From Tubiluchus corallicola (taxonomy: Eukaryota; Animalia; Priapulida), in NCBI GenBank assembly GCA_030141605.1, contig JAQGDQ010001458.1, forward strand, positions 1 through 40,129: a stretch of DNA of 40,129 bases, read 5' to 3'. The translations under genes were made by a program, and so were the position numbers. Below the pieces are notes generated by a model. The model was not told the DNA's origin and ran no database searches. It was given only the letters and a program-made list of their open reading frames with translations. This document shows, piece after piece, positions 11,837 to 24,696 of this stretch. The stretch's first letter is position 1; each line of letters starts with the position of its first letter.

Positions 11837-12112
11837 ACCAGACGGTTTAGTCTAGTGGTAATGCGTCTGCTTTCCATCTGGGAGGTCGTGAGTTCGAACC
11901 AGCGGCCGGGTCACACCAAAGACTTTAAAAATGGTTCCTGCTGTTGCCCTGCCTGGCGAGTGGTATTTAGTGTAAAAGTGGGGTAATAATAGTCTCTGTT
12001 AGGTAGTTGTAGGTTGTTATTTACAGTCGGCGATAATAGCTCTTAGAGCTAATGTTAATTGTTGACCCTAAAAGCTGACTTTAAATAAAGATTATTATTA
12101 TTATTATTATTA
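11837..12112 (+). mobile_element. tRNA-derived SINE (MetaSINE-like core) with (ATT)n tail, copy A
   Basis: A-box-like TAGTCTAGTGG, B-box GTTCGAACC, core GGGTCACACCAAAGACTTTAAAAATGG, AATAAA plus (ATT)n tail; second copy inverted at 29594-29870. Confidence 0.85.
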
Positions 12113-12314
12113 AGAGAAATAACAGCTACCTTTACTGCACATTTATCTAAAGTCAAAGCAAAATTTTATTAACAGCACGTTGTACAAATATTGTACTCCG
12201 ACAATCATGTTCCTCTTTGAGTACTGACCAGTCCACTGTCGTTATACAGGTAGTCGTAAACTTTCGACCGTGCTACTTTCTGCCGGATTGGTCGTAAGAT
12301 GATTTGCACGCGAG

Positions 12315-12921
12315 CAGGGTTGAGAATTTTCTGTCTATGCCAATATATCCATGGCTGTTCTTATGTAAAAAACGAAGTTTTCAAAATAAGTTCATTGGTG
12401 ACTACAATACGATCAGGGATGAGAATTTTCCGCAGAAACGCGGAATTCAGAGTTTTTGGAAGACCAGTAGTGCCATTTTTGTAAATCGCGTAAATTCATT
12501 GAGAAACTTTTTACGGACTCAGTACATTATTTCACAAGCTGACCGCTAGATGGCAGGCCGTCACTTTGTTTACATCACATACATCAGTGTAACCACGTAT
12601 ATATCTCTATGTATAAAAATATAGAATCAATTGTGTGGAGTTATTTGAGTCAATTGCAGGCAGTTTTTATATACTTTTGCATAGGAGCGGCCAGTACTTA
12701 GGCGTTTTTGAGACAATTAGGCATCATGTATCCTTGATAGTTGTGTATTTTAAATTATGCATGAACAAGGTAATTGATATTTTAAGTCCACTTAGAGGCT
12801 CACTATGGTCACAAAATTGTAATTTCTTCCTGGCTCCAAGGGGGCTTTGCCCCTCAACCCCATTGGGGGCCCCAATACCCGACGTGTTTCAGTTTTTTGC
12901 AATTTGTCATTCTCATCCCTG
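12315..12921. mobile_element. hAT-type non-autonomous element
   Basis: TIRs CAGGG(T/A)TGAGAAT (also repeated at 12414) / ATTCTCATCCCTG; 8-bp TSD CACGCGAG/CATGCGAG. Confidence 0.8.
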
Positions 12922-13139
12922 CATGCGAGTCGGCCCCGTATATTAAAGCATTGCGTCTGAACACACAAGACGTTGTGTGCGCACTCGCACTAAGTATGCC
13001 ACAGCTTATGATGAATTTATTGAAACAGATAGCGATTTAAAGTTAATTCGTTTAAAAAATAAAAGCAAATATGAGTTATGATTGGTTTTGTATGATTAAT
13101 TAAATAAATTGAGGTTGGGTCGTAAAGTCGAATACAGTA

Positions 13140-13684
13140 CAGTCTAGCCTCGTTATCTCACCACTGTCCATCTAGGGCAAATTTTTGGCGAGAGGCGAGT
13201 ATGACGAGATAACGGGAATATAACGAAGTTAGTCTATATGTATATACATAATAGTTGATTAATATAGTGCTCACACTTTGTGGAAACTCAAACTTAAATG
13301 CAGCTTTGGTGTTATAGAGTAAGGATATCGGTGACGCTTTAGTTTCTCTGCGCATTAACCAACCACAGCACTCCTAATCTAATCCTGGTGAGACACACAC
13401 TAGATTAATTATGTCTGTCTATCGAGTACAACAGCATTGTCTACATACTGCTGTTATATTGATCGACACGCGGTATATGTATTGATCGATTCACCTCCGA
13501 GTTTGTCTGTTTGGCGTTATATAGTTTACATAAGCACTCATCCTAGCATGACGTGGCGAGGGCGAGAAGCGAGGGTGGCAACTTAACGAGGTAAATATCA
13601 AAGCAGGAAATCCGTCCTGGTACTTTCTATGGCGAGAGACAAGTTTAGCGACATAACGAGGGGCGAGATAACGAGGCTAGACTG
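13140..13684. mobile_element. Tc1/mariner/pogo-type MITE
   Basis: Perfect 20-bp TIR CAGTCTAGCCTCGTTATCTC / GAGATAACGAGGCTAGACTG, flanked by TA on both sides. Confidence 0.88.
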
Positions 13685-14793
13685 TAGTTGTATGTCGACT
13701 GCAACCTGCATTCTAGTTTCTGCTGTGCAGGCCAACAACACGACCTTATTGTACTTTAGAACATCAACCAACCCAACACTGCAAACCATACATACAAAAT
13801 AAAATTAATAACTTCTCATTTACTGAAACTTAGGACAATTATTTAATTCTGTATACGCATTGGTATAGGAATGTATGTAGTTTAATTATCTGCTATAATG
13901 TACAAGCAAAATGAAAAAGTTTACATAGTAAATTAGAAAAAACAACAAAATAGCAATTTAAATTTATTAAGACATTAAGTTAGTTGTTAAGGTCAGTTTC
14001 TGGCCTTAACATGTAGGTGGCAGCACCTATGTGAACTTACCTGTAATTTTACCTGTGTTGTAAATTAGGTTGAGCCTCACTAAACACGCTCACAAAAGCC
14101 TCAGCAAATGTTAAAAAATGTTTAGATAAATTTTGAAGTAATTATTCGTAGCGTCTTTACCTGATTTGCTGTAAACCAGTATGACGTTCCAAGGATGTTT
14201 TAAGTTGTTATAGCCGTACGATGTGAGTAATATTTACTTTTATTGTCTTAAATTATAATTATTAGATCATTATACATTTGTAAGCAGTAAAAGCAGTCAA
14301 ATTTATTATTTTCATTTTTTTATATACAGAAATAAAGATTTCTGAGAACACCATATGCTACGAAGGAAATTCTTTTTGAGTTTCCGTCACATTAGTTGTA
14401 GGAGATACCTACACGAGTTGCTACTGAACATTATTACAAACTTTGCGACACTTCGATTTTTTGAATAACTTTCAATGTTTAGAAGAGTACTTTATGGTTC
14501 AATTTAGATAAAACACAAATGAACTGCAGCCAGGTAAATTTCTTATACTACTTGTCATACTAAGCCTATTTGTGACTTTCGAAAGCTCTAGCAATTAAGT
14601 CAACAATCTAGGTTTTAGTATAAGAATAAGCCACCAGATAGTCTGCTCATTTTATGTTTTATTTTGTAGTCATTGTAATCAGAAGTCTTTTAAAGCCTTA
14701 TTGAGCAATATCGAGGCTCAAATCCACAGATGGGCAGCGTGTTAAAATCGTATCAACAACATGGTATATTTTGATAATTTGTTATAACTACGT

Positions 14794-15277
14794 CAGGGGT
14801 GTGCAAATTACCTGACTAGCCGGGCCACATGAAACTTTCCCACAGTTCCTGTGGGCCACAGGCAGTTTGATCAAGGAGCCAAGTACAGTAGGACCTAATA
14901 ATGATTTTTTTGCATCCGACCTGCGTACATCATTACTACTAAACTCAAGAAACTATTTTAGAAGTTATTAAAATTTATATTACAAACCATATATAATATT
15001 TACTTTCAGGACAGATGTGGTAATTTCATAACAATGCATATTAGTAATGTGTATCACGCAGTCTGTGTAGTACAGTGACATTAAGCTACAACCGTCTTGT
15101 AAGGGTTAATGGCATCCGATCTAGTAGAAAAAACTACCTGCACTATCTTTGGGATCGTGGCACAGACTTCAGCTGGATACACTCAATTAATCGCCTGGGC
15201 TGCACTTTCATTATGCTGACAAATCTCTTCGCGGGCCGCACAAATTCTCTCGGCGGGCCGCAATATGCACACCCCTG
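14794..15277 (+). mobile_element. hAT-type MITE family A, copy 2
   Basis: Same TIRs and interior as 9250-9731; TSD degraded. Confidence 0.88.
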
Positions 15278-15471
15278 TCCTAAACTGTATTCCAACTTGT
15301 TCACATTTGCTGAATTTCAAGTTTGGTATGCATATTCAATTAATGCAAGATCATTAGTAGCAATCTTGACATTAAGATTACAGTTAATTGATAATAAGCA
15401 GATGTTTTTTTTTTCAATTCGTGCAAACAATAAAGCATGAGATCAAGTTACGAAAGCTCAAGATTTCTTAC

Positions 15472-15648
15472 TTGTATCCGACCGTCCATTTCCGCAGCAC
15501 CGCCCTCTGCGATTCGGAGCACGTACAGGGGCATGCTCTGAAACTCAACTCCTCCGCGAATGCTGAATCCGAAACCCCTGGCGCCTCTCTTCAGTTCTAC
15601 GGCAAACAAGTTCCTGGAGGTGTTTTTCCCGGTGTGCTGAACCAGCGA
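15472..15648 (-). CDS. Magi: Magi exon, N-half of the last PDZ domain
   Basis: ttctag|TCG...CAA|gtaaga; SLVQHTGKNTSRNLFAVELKRGARGFGFSIRGGVEFQSMPLYVLRIAEGGAAEMDGRIQ (GFGFSIRGG carboxylate-binding loop). Confidence 0.95.
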
Positions 15649-15781
15649 CTAGAAATGAAGGAAGAAAGTGGGATAATCGTGACTGAGAAGTCAATATTTT
15701 GTTACATATTAGTTAACAATTATCTATTTTGGTCATTCCAGACATGTTTATTCTATTTTAATAGCGTTACTTTTTAATAGA

Positions 15782-16295
15782 GTCTATGGCCATATCACGT
15801 TGAAAACACCGGTTCTCGTCAGATCACCAAAGTTAAGCAACATACAACTTGGTTAGTACTTGGATGGGTGACCGCCTAGGAATACCACGTGCTGTACGCT
15901 TGCGGGATGTCCACACTGTATCTGGACACTAGGCAGAGGAGCTGCACAAGCAGCCAACGGCTAGAGGGCGGAGGAGGTCAAATGACCCAACGGCCATGTG
16001 TAGAGGAGTAAACCTTCCAAATCTGGAGTGGAGCCCCGAAGGCGGAGCAGTGCAGCATGCTCACTGACTCCGGCAGCTCCTGCAGCCAACCTGGTGCCAA
16101 ACGTATCGCTCCGCTTTCCTCTGGACTACACCAGGGAGGAAGAGAGGGGGTTCCTGTTGTCTGGGCAACTCAGGATCTCCATACACCTTGCCCAGGCGTG
16201 CGTCCTGGAGAGGCCACAATGTGATCAATAACAGACTCTCTTGGGCGCACACTCCATTGTCTTCGGAGACAGAAGGATGTCAATAACTTCTTAAT
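15782..16295 (+). mobile_element. 5S rRNA-derived SINE (SINE3-type) with RTE-like body and tail, copy 1
   Basis: 15782-15901 is a full-length 5S-like head without a T-run terminator; followed by about 390 bp shared with 16810-17228 and 23652-24200; apparent TSD ACTT(T/C)TTAATAG. Confidence 0.88.
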
Positions 16296-16772
16296 AGCAT
16301 TCAGACCAAAATGGTATTTTAACATTATCATTCAGTTTCACACAACTCCAGTTGACTACATGTTCTTCTAGGCATATGTGCTCTTAAAGAAGGATAAGGA
16401 GAAGACATGAATGGCATTTAAAAATGACCACCAGAGAGGCTGAGGCACGGAGCAAGAACACCATTCGGTCTTGTGCATTAACTTAAAGTGATGCCAATGG
16501 TCTGAAGTAATGATGTGCAACCCTCGATCAAATTCTTTTTAAATTTTGTGTTTCTCTCCCGCAAAGCTCAACTGTGACATCACATAGAATTTCCATTCTG
16601 TAGAAGCTTAAAAATATATCTATTGATTTTTGCTGTCATTATTTGGCAATTGACACCCGGTCCTAAGACAAACATTATAAAATGTTGGAAAGTTTCAACA
16701 CTTTGTTTATACAAAATTGCGAACTTAAAAATTGTTGCAACAAATAACCACACGGTTACTATGACACAAATT

Positions 16773-17228
16773 AAATACCATTTTGGTCTGAATGTTATTA
16801 AAAAGTTATTGGCATCCTTCTGTCTCGGAAGACAATGGAGTGTGCGCCCAAGAGAGTCTGTTATTGATCACATTGTGGCCTCTCCAGGGCGCACGCCTAG
16901 TCAATGTGTATGGAGATCCTGAGTTGCCCAGACCACAGGAACCCCCTCTCTTCCTCGCTGGTATACGTTTGGCACCAGGTTGGCTGCAGGAGCTGCCGGA
17001 GTCAGTGAGCATGCTGCACTGGTCCGCCTTCGGGGCTCCACTCCTGATTTGGAAGGTTTACTCCTCTACACATGGCCGTTGGGTCACTTGACCTCCTCCG
17101 CCCTCTAGCCGTTGGCTGCCTTGTGCAGCTCCTCCGCCTAGTGTCGAGATACAGTGTGGGCATCCCGCAAGCCTACAGCACCTGGTATTCCTAGGCGGTC
17201 ACCCATCCAAGTACTAACCAAGTTGTAT
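16773..17228 (-). mobile_element. 5S-derived SINE, copy 2 (5'-truncated head; inverted relative to copy 1 and sharing its 3' flank)
   Basis: Reverse complement aligns with 15844-16319, including AATAACTTTTTAATAACATTCAGACCAAAATGGTATTT. Confidence 0.88.
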
Positions 17229-17427
17229 TCCGCTTCCAAAAAACAAGAGTCTTCGTTGAGGCAAGCCAAACTAGTGTAATAATAAATGCAAAAGTTATCC
17301 AAGCTAGTGTAATAATGAATGCAAAATTTATGTTTAGTATTTTAGAAGAATGAAAGCAAAATGTGTTTCACATTGCATGGAAAAAAACAGAAAAGGAAAA
17401 TTTGCATGCAAATGGACACAAGTGTAC

Positions 17428-17589
17428 CCTCTCAGATTGTTTTCTTTCATCTCCACTATACGGCGCCTCTGTTTGTCCACCTGTTTCATCAACATTGTAT
17501 GCGAACTGCTCGTCACTGTGGTGGAGAAGATCAGCTTCCGAAACAGCGACCGGAAACGCTTGTGCCGTTACCATGGAGCCGGTAGAACT
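17428..17589 (-). CDS. Magi: Magi exon, inter-PDZ linker
   Basis: tatacag|AGT...AGG|gtacac, phase 0-0; SSTGSMVTAQAFPVAVSEADLLHHSDEQFAYNVDETGGQTEAPYSGDERKQSER. Confidence 0.75.
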
Positions 17590-18725
17590 CTGTATAGGAG
17601 CGTGACAACACATGCTGTTAATACGTTGTGTGAATAGCACACTACAAACAGTTATGTGAAAATAAGTTACAAAACTGCATGCAAACACAGCACAAACACT
17701 TCACAAACCCGTTACTTGCTGTTAGCTAAGGAAAACCCATAGGCTGAACCTTTCCCAGTTTTCTCTGAGAAATTATTTTCCCACTAACACGTCTCTCAAA
17801 CACGTAACAGGTAGCATATTGCCGGATGGCTTGTTTGGCGTGAATATTTAAAAACAGCTACAGTCATTACTGAAGCTTTTTGTTAATATGTGGACCTACC
17901 ATGCAAACATACAGAGATGTCTTAAGGAATATTATTTTAACAAATTTAATACCAGCTCTACTGTTTAAGAGACAAGAAAACAGTCTTCATAAATAACACT
18001 TGAAAATACATCCCGAAATTTTATATCACCTACATGCTGTCTTATTGCATGCATGGCTTGCATTGGCAGTAACGTTATATATATATCGCAAGCGGACAGT
18101 TAGGTAATAACGTCTGTGATGCCAATTATGCAGCAAAAAGTTCAGATTATTCAAAACAAGGCATCATTGATAAATCTTTAGAGCTGATGTCAACATCAAT
18201 TATCTTTCTTCCTACCATTTCCACTAACACATCCTTCTACCCTTCCTGTGTGATCTAACCTTTCTCCCAGTTCTTTTTTTTGTTCACTCATTGTTTTTTT
18301 ATCGGGTTCACATGACAGTGGGCTTATATAAGCCTTTGCTTCTCTAGCCCACTGCAGTACAATTATTCTTTTATGATAACGATAGTGTATGAAATATAAC
18401 AATTTAATACAGTATGAAGTAATAATTTTGATGTCACTGTGTGCTTTATATTGTACTGAATGTGATAATAATAATAAAAAAATGACGAAGTTCATCCAAA
18501 AAACATCGTACAGTTGAACAACTCTTACAAAAATAGTGTGACCCACCCCTCATGAAAAGTCAAAAACTGAAGACGAATATCATTGAGGTAAATCACAAAT
18601 GAGTGTCTTAATATCTATACAATAAAGAATTCAAAACAAACTATTAAGCATAAATAAAAGCTGTTAGAATAATGTAGTTCTAATGAGAGATTCAAGCCAA
18701 AATTGTGCAACTTAATGCAGCTCAC

Positions 18726-18925
18726 CCGCTGTGAACCAGCTAAACTCGTCGAATCGTCAATAGGTGGCCCCACCGTCAACGTCACCTTCAAACCCGAGTC
18801 TTTTATCAGTTTCACTGTCTCTCCGTGGTGCATTTGCGTAATATCTACACCGTTAACGGCGAGTATCCGATCACCGACGTGAATCTTATCCAACTTCTGA
18901 GCTGGACTGCCATCTATTATCCTTC
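18726..18925 (-). CDS. Magi: Magi exon, C-part of the penultimate PDZ domain
   Basis: ttacag|GA...CGG|gtgagc; GRIIDGSPAQKLDKIHVGDRILAVNGVDITQMHHGETVKLIKDSGLKVTLTVGPP. Confidence 0.95.
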
Positions 18926-19290
18926 CTGTAAAGCAAAATATAGAATTTGCACTTCAAGTTTCACAAGGACATCTCTGTAATGTATACGCTCAAACCAAAG
19001 TTGCGTTCCCATATCTATGTTAGTTTATTCTGCAAAATACAAATTTTCTGTAATCTACAATTACTACCTCTACAAAACTACTGAAATAAGTGCTAGAAAA
19101 TAAGTGCTACAGATTACTACGTTACACTAAAAAGCTAAAATGCATACATACATTGTTGGTCCAATATTGAGTCGAGAAAAAGCCAGAATGTCAGTAAAAG
19201 GTAGCAGTATAATTATAAGTCAAATTTTTAAATGTAACAGAGATGTGTGTACATAACAAGTTCCACCTATACAATGTCAGAGTAGAAAAA

Positions 19291-19569
19291 GTAGTCTAGC
19301 TTGTTGAACTACAGTCTAATATATTGTGGCTTCTAATGCATATACTACCTTGGGAAGGGGTAGTCTAGCTTGTTGAACTACAGTCTAATATATTGTGGCT
19401 TCTAATGTATATACTACCTTGGGAAGGGGTAGTCTAGCTTGTTGAACTACAGTCTAATATATTGTGGCTTCTAATGTATATACTACCTTGGGAAGGGGTA
19501 GTCTAGCTTGTTGAACTACAATCTAATATATTGTGGCTTCTAATGCATATACTACCTTGAGAAGGGGTA
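19291..19569. repeat. 69-bp tandem repeat, 4 copies
   Basis: GTAGTCTAGCTTGTTGAACTAC units at 19291, 19360, 19429, 19498. Confidence 0.95.
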
Positions 19570-19629
19570 ATGGACCAAAACATTTGTACCTGCAACACCC
19601 TCCATAAACAAGTTTGACGAAAATCTCAC

Positions 19630-19731
19630 CTATCATCGATCCGTAACGATTCATGGAAGATATGATGACGAAACCAAAGCCTTGACTCTCTTGTCTGGTC
19701 ACAGTCACATCGTATGGGTAGTGCAACTTTG
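19630..19731 (-). CDS. Magi: Magi exon, N-part of the penultimate PDZ domain
   Basis: gtttag|CA...ATAG|gtgaga; AKLHYPYDVTVTRQESQGFGFVIISSMNRYGSMI (PYDV..R.E..GFGFVIISS is characteristic of MAGI). Confidence 0.95.
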
Positions 19732-19855
19732 CTAAACAACAAACTTTCATTAGATAGATAGACAGATAAATTCTTTATTGCCATCAAAATAGATCCATTT
19801 AATAAACAATGTAGCAACATACCAGTCAGTCATTTTACGATGACTAGACTGTTAA

Positions 19856-20306
19856 CCCTTTCAGTCCCAAATTACATTTTTAATAAGAAAATTTTTTGTT
19901 ACTTTTGTTCAGTATGTCCATCTTGTTTACACATAATAATTACTTTTTCTACCTGTGCCCTCGTGCTAAATATAGACTGTATCCCACGGGATACATTGGG
20001 ATTCAAAGGAAGCATAAAATGTGCTTCATTTTGCAACTGCTGATAATTTTTTAAAGTATTTAAAACATTTAGTATGCACGCTATGCTGATCTGTACAAAG
20101 TCGTCTCTAAAGCACTGTACCTTGCGCAGTTTTTATGCTATGCAGATTTTTTAGTTTGCCATTTTATCACCATTTTTAGTCTATTGTTATTGGCTTAAAT
20201 CAAAATAACTATTAACAGATCAAATAACTGTCAGTTTTAAAATTTTATTAATTTTAAAGGCAGAAAATATTCTCGTATCCCGCGGGATACAACGGGTATG
20301 AAAGGG
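19856..20306 (+). mobile_element. piggyBac-type MITE, copy 2
   Basis: TTAA|CCCTTTCA...TGAAAGGG|TTAA. Confidence 0.88.
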
Positions 20307-21171
20307 TTAATCGGCAATGGCGTCATTCTAATCTACTAGAACATATCGCAATTATGGCTATATTACATTATGTTATTATAATATCTAAGTTTTATAATTA
20401 CGAAATATTACTATAATTATTACTATTTTTATTGTTAATATGAAACATTAAGATGGTATAAAAATGTCACCAGAAACCTGGTTTGGTAAGGAAATATTGC
20501 ACATCCACTGATGGTAGATGCACAATGTGGATTTCATGCAGTAGCACGTAAAATGGTAATGAATTTCATTTAACAAGGTATCGAGTGTCACAACTTAGAT
20601 TTTGCATGTTGTGTGCGTATTATTCACTCGACGTACATACTAAAGAGTATTCATTTTTCCTTAAACAGTGCAGAATTCACTCATTCATTCTCATGGAATA
20701 ACCACTGGCATCCAGTACAGGTAATAATTGACTTATGTGACTTAAGCCTGTTCGATTTTATGGCCCAACCGAAACTTACTTAGTTAATCATACAAAACCA
20801 ACTACATGTACATAACTCATAATTCCTTAAACAAATTAACTTCACATCACTACCTGTTTGGCTGTTTCGATACATTCATTGTAGATGCTGCCACACTTTG
20901 TGCGATCACACAAACAACAACTTGCAACCGCTTTAATATCCACTTTGCTAATCCGCCGGAACGCGTTTTAGTCGTAAGACAACGACTACTTGTATTATAT
21001 TTAGTCCGAATATTTGTATATTAAAATGCAATAACTGCTTCCTTTCTGAGCTGAAAAAAGTGTCTCAAACTACAGTCTCAACACATCAAACAATGTCAAC
21101 AAACACATTCTATCACTAGCAATTTAGATAAATATGAATTCTATTAATGGGGACATGTATCTGCAATTTCA

Positions 21172-21423
<252 letters not shown>

Positions 21424-21566
21424 CTAGATGGCAGTAAAGTAGATGTTAGATGAAAATATTTCTGAATATGGAAGAAGTTCTCACTTCACCAGCAAAGTGT
21501 TATATAACATTTTAGGTAAGTGTTGCATTCCATACATTAAACAAATACCTATTAAAACTTGTAGGT

Positions 21567-22066
21567 CAGGGGTGTGCAAATTATCTGACTAGCCGGGCCA
21601 TATTAAACTTTCCTGCAATTTCTGCAGGCCACAGGCAGTTTGATCAAGGAGCCAGGTACAGAAAGGCCTAATAACGATTTTTTTGCATCCGACCTGCATA
21701 CATCATTACTACTACACTCAAGAAACTATTTTAGAAGTTATTAAAATTTATATTACAAACCATATATTTCTACTTTCAGGACAGCTAGTGGTAATTTCAT
21801 TACAATACATATTAGTAATGTGTATCGCACAGTCTTTGTAGTACAGTGACATTAACCTACAACCGTCTTGTAAGGGTTAATGGCATGCGATCTAGTAGAA
21901 AAAACTACCCGCACTATCTTTGGGATCGTGGCCCGGACTTCAGCTGGATACACTCAATTAATCACCCGGGCCGCACTTTCATTAGGTTGACAAATCTCTT
22001 CGCGGGCCGTACAAATTCTCTCGGCGCGCCACAAGTGGCCCGCGGGCCTCAATTTGCACACCACTG
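21567..22066 (+). mobile_element. hAT-type MITE family A, copy 3
   Basis: Same TIRs and interior as 9250-9731. Confidence 0.88.
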
Positions 22067-22664
22067 TCATAGAGAGTATGGCATTATAATGAGATGCATG
22101 TTTATGCAAATACAGATATTTTGTTTTGCTAAAAATTTGAGGGTTAAGCAAGGATGACATTATAAATGGTGGCATTTATAACAAGATACTACTGTAGTTT
22201 TAATGAATTACTTGAAGGATACTAATAATTTATGATTCAGCTTTAGTACCATAAAGAACTAACTTCCAGGAAACCACTGTACATAAAGCATGGTTCAAAC
22301 AACACATACAATTTTATTCAAAATTTATCATTCGACTAACAATTTTTTTTAAATGAGGTACAATTTCAACTTCAGTAGTTACTATCATCATCATCATCAT
22401 CATACGCCCGTCACGTCTATTGTAGACATTGGCCAGGCAGAATTCTAAAATAAAAGAAATCTGCCTTCAGACAGGTAAATGCAGCAGTAATCCAGCAAGA
22501 AAACTAGACACTGCTATGCCAGTGGCTTGTCAGCACCACTTCCGTTAAAGTAGTTACTAATAAGCTCATGACAAACAGAACAGTAAAAGCCATGCTTGGG
22601 CTACATGCTTAATAAATACACTAAGAACAATTCCACATACAACAAAGAATTGATGGTTATACAC

Positions 22665-23041
22665 TAGGGGTGAGCATTCTGTACCAGAAAGCGAATTCGA
22701 ATCGAACCGAACTTCAGTGTTTCGAATTCGAACCGAATTCAAATTGAGATTGAAAGATTTTCGAACAAATTTTCGAACCACCAGTAAAAATTAGTCTTAC
22801 AAAGATCATGCACATCACTAGATTTTGTTCTGCAATAAAACGACTAGTAATTTGTTTAAAATTCTGTGCAGAAATCACAGCTAAATTACGCTAATTGCAT
22901 GATGTTTCAATCGTTTTTGTGATAAAGAGCATATGTGTTTGAAGTGCTGAATTATTCGAATCTATAGTTTTGGATTCGAATCGAGTCCAAACAGAAAAAA
23001 ACTCGTTCGAATCGAACTCGAACGTTCGGTGCTCACCCCTA
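22665..23041. mobile_element. hAT-like MITE with subterminal TTCGAA repeats
   Basis: TIRs TAGGGGTGAGCA / TGCTCACCCCTA; clustered TTCGAA/TCGAAC motifs at both ends; TSD only partial (GTTAT). Confidence 0.75.
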
Positions 23042-23651
23042 GTTATTATTAAGCAAGGGAAACTTATAAATGAAATAACTTCAGTTATTCTGACGAATTT
23101 CCAATGTGCGCATTGCCGTAAAGATCGCCATGCTTTGCGTCTTTTGTGCGAGTGAGCGAGAATGACATACGAGTTACAGAGAGCGGTCTTTGGTTACCGA
23201 TGTTTGAAAAATGATCTTTGGTGATGCAGTGACTTCGCTCATTTGTGTCTTGGAACAAAAATGACGGTTCAAATTTTAATCGCACTAACAACAAAGCGAT
23301 AAAAAGTGAAAAAAAATGGGTTTCACAGTAAATTCATAGCAAATAAATTGAATATTCGTAATGAGAGTAGGATTTTAAGTTGTGAAAGTTTATATTATAG
23401 TGAGGGTTCAATTTGATTTTTATGTTTTGTAGTTCTAATCATAAGACGCAGTTTGACATACTAAAAACTCTCTCTAAGAGTAAAGCTGTATGAAAAGTAC
23501 TAAATTTATGCAATCTGAGCGAGTGTCAGTAAGTTCTTATCGAGTACCAATCAGGCATCTGTGTAGTGGTAAAAATAGCATGGATACCAGAACAGAATTG
23601 GCAAAAAAGACAGAAAACTCCACTTCTCATATTTGAAAAGCAAGACTGCAT

Positions 23652-24200
23652 TGTTGTTGTTGTTGTTGTTGGCATCCTTCTGTCTCGGAAGACAATGGAG
23701 TGTGCGCCAAGAGAGTCAGTTATTGATCACATTGATGGAGCTGCAGCGTCAACTGTGGCTGAGCAGTCTGATCTCCAGGGCGCATGCCTGGGCAAGGTGT
23801 ATGGAGATCCTGAGTTGTCCAGACAACAGGAGCCCCCTCTCTTCCTCCCTGGTGTAGTCCAAAGGAAAGCAGAGTGATACGTTTGGCACCAGGTTGGCTG
23901 CCAGAACTGCCGGAGTCAGTGAGCATGCTGCACTGGTCCGCCTTCGGGGCTCCACTCCTGATTTGGAAGGTTTACTTCTCTACACATGGCCGTTGGGTCA
24001 CTTGACCTCCTCCGCCCTCTAGCCATTCGCTGCTTGTGCAGCTCCTCCGTCTAGTGTCGAGATACAGTGTGAGCATCCCGCAAGCCTACAGCACCTGGTA
24101 TTCCTAGGTGGTCACCCATCAAAGTACTAACCAGGCTCTACGTTGCTTAACTTCAGTGATCAGATGAGAACCGGTGTTTTCAATGTGATATGGCCGTAGT
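23652..24200 (-). mobile_element. 5S-derived SINE, copy 3 (full length, (AAC)n tail)
   Basis: 5S head at about 24082-24200; tail GAGACAGAAGGATGCC(AAC)n; perfect 10-bp TSD AAGACTGCAT (23642-23651, 24201-24210). Confidence 0.92.
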
Positions 24201-24596
24201 AAGACTGCATACTGTTTAGAATATTACATGCACACATGTATATATATTAGTCAGTAAAGGTCAACAAAAGCTTGCAGGAAACTTTTTCTATGCTAGCTCA
24301 TTAGTTTAGTAAGCCCTTTGACGGCACTCCAGTCTTATAGTGGAGTTTAGCAACCAAGTCAGGCACTCTCAACAAGCCAGTTAGCCTGTTATATTAGAAT
24401 GAACAAAACTTGAGTAAAACAAATAATAAAAAACTTAGCAGTAATAACAGTAAGAGCAATAAAAATAACATACCTCAGGCGTGTAACTGTACTGAGAGAT
24501 TTTCATGCCATCGTGTGGTTACTTACAGAACTAAACAGCTACAGTATGACGGCTACAAACCCATGCGGTTACAAAAAACTAAAGCACACTTACTAC

Positions 24597-24696
24597 CTGC
24601 GTTCCTTCCTCTGTCCCGCCTACTATCCGGAAACCGAAACCAGTCTCTTGGCGCTGCAGGAAGACGGAGAATTCTTCATAACTGCCACCTGGCGAA
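24597..24696 (-). CDS. Magi: Magi exon, N-part of a PDZ domain (alternative donor at 24594)
   Basis: ttttacag|T...CAG|gtagtaagt; SPGGSYEEFSVFLQRQETGFGFRIVGGTEEGTQ (GFGFRIVGG). Confidence 0.95.

Larger units (their letters stand above)
12247..13690. mobile_element. Degenerate TA-flanked Tc1/mariner-type MITE split by two younger insertions
   Basis: Left end TA|CAGGTAGTCG; interior 12940-13135 aligns by eye with the intact copy at 30913-31226. Confidence 0.55.

Noticed and set aside
11840-11910. tRNA-Gly(TCC)-like gene
   Set aside because: A/B boxes are present but no clean acceptor stem; it continues into a SINE core and (ATT)n tail, with a second diverged copy.
15782-15901. Functional 5S rRNA gene (also about 24082-24200)
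   Set aside because: No T-run terminator, several substitutions, fusion to a shared body with tail and TSD, and dispersed rather than arrayed: these are SINE heads.
20854-20887. Extra Magi exon (cag|CATCTAC...AAACAG|gtagtg)
   Set aside because: Phase 1 to 2 would break the frame between the phase-compatible exons at 21240 and 19731; weak acceptor.
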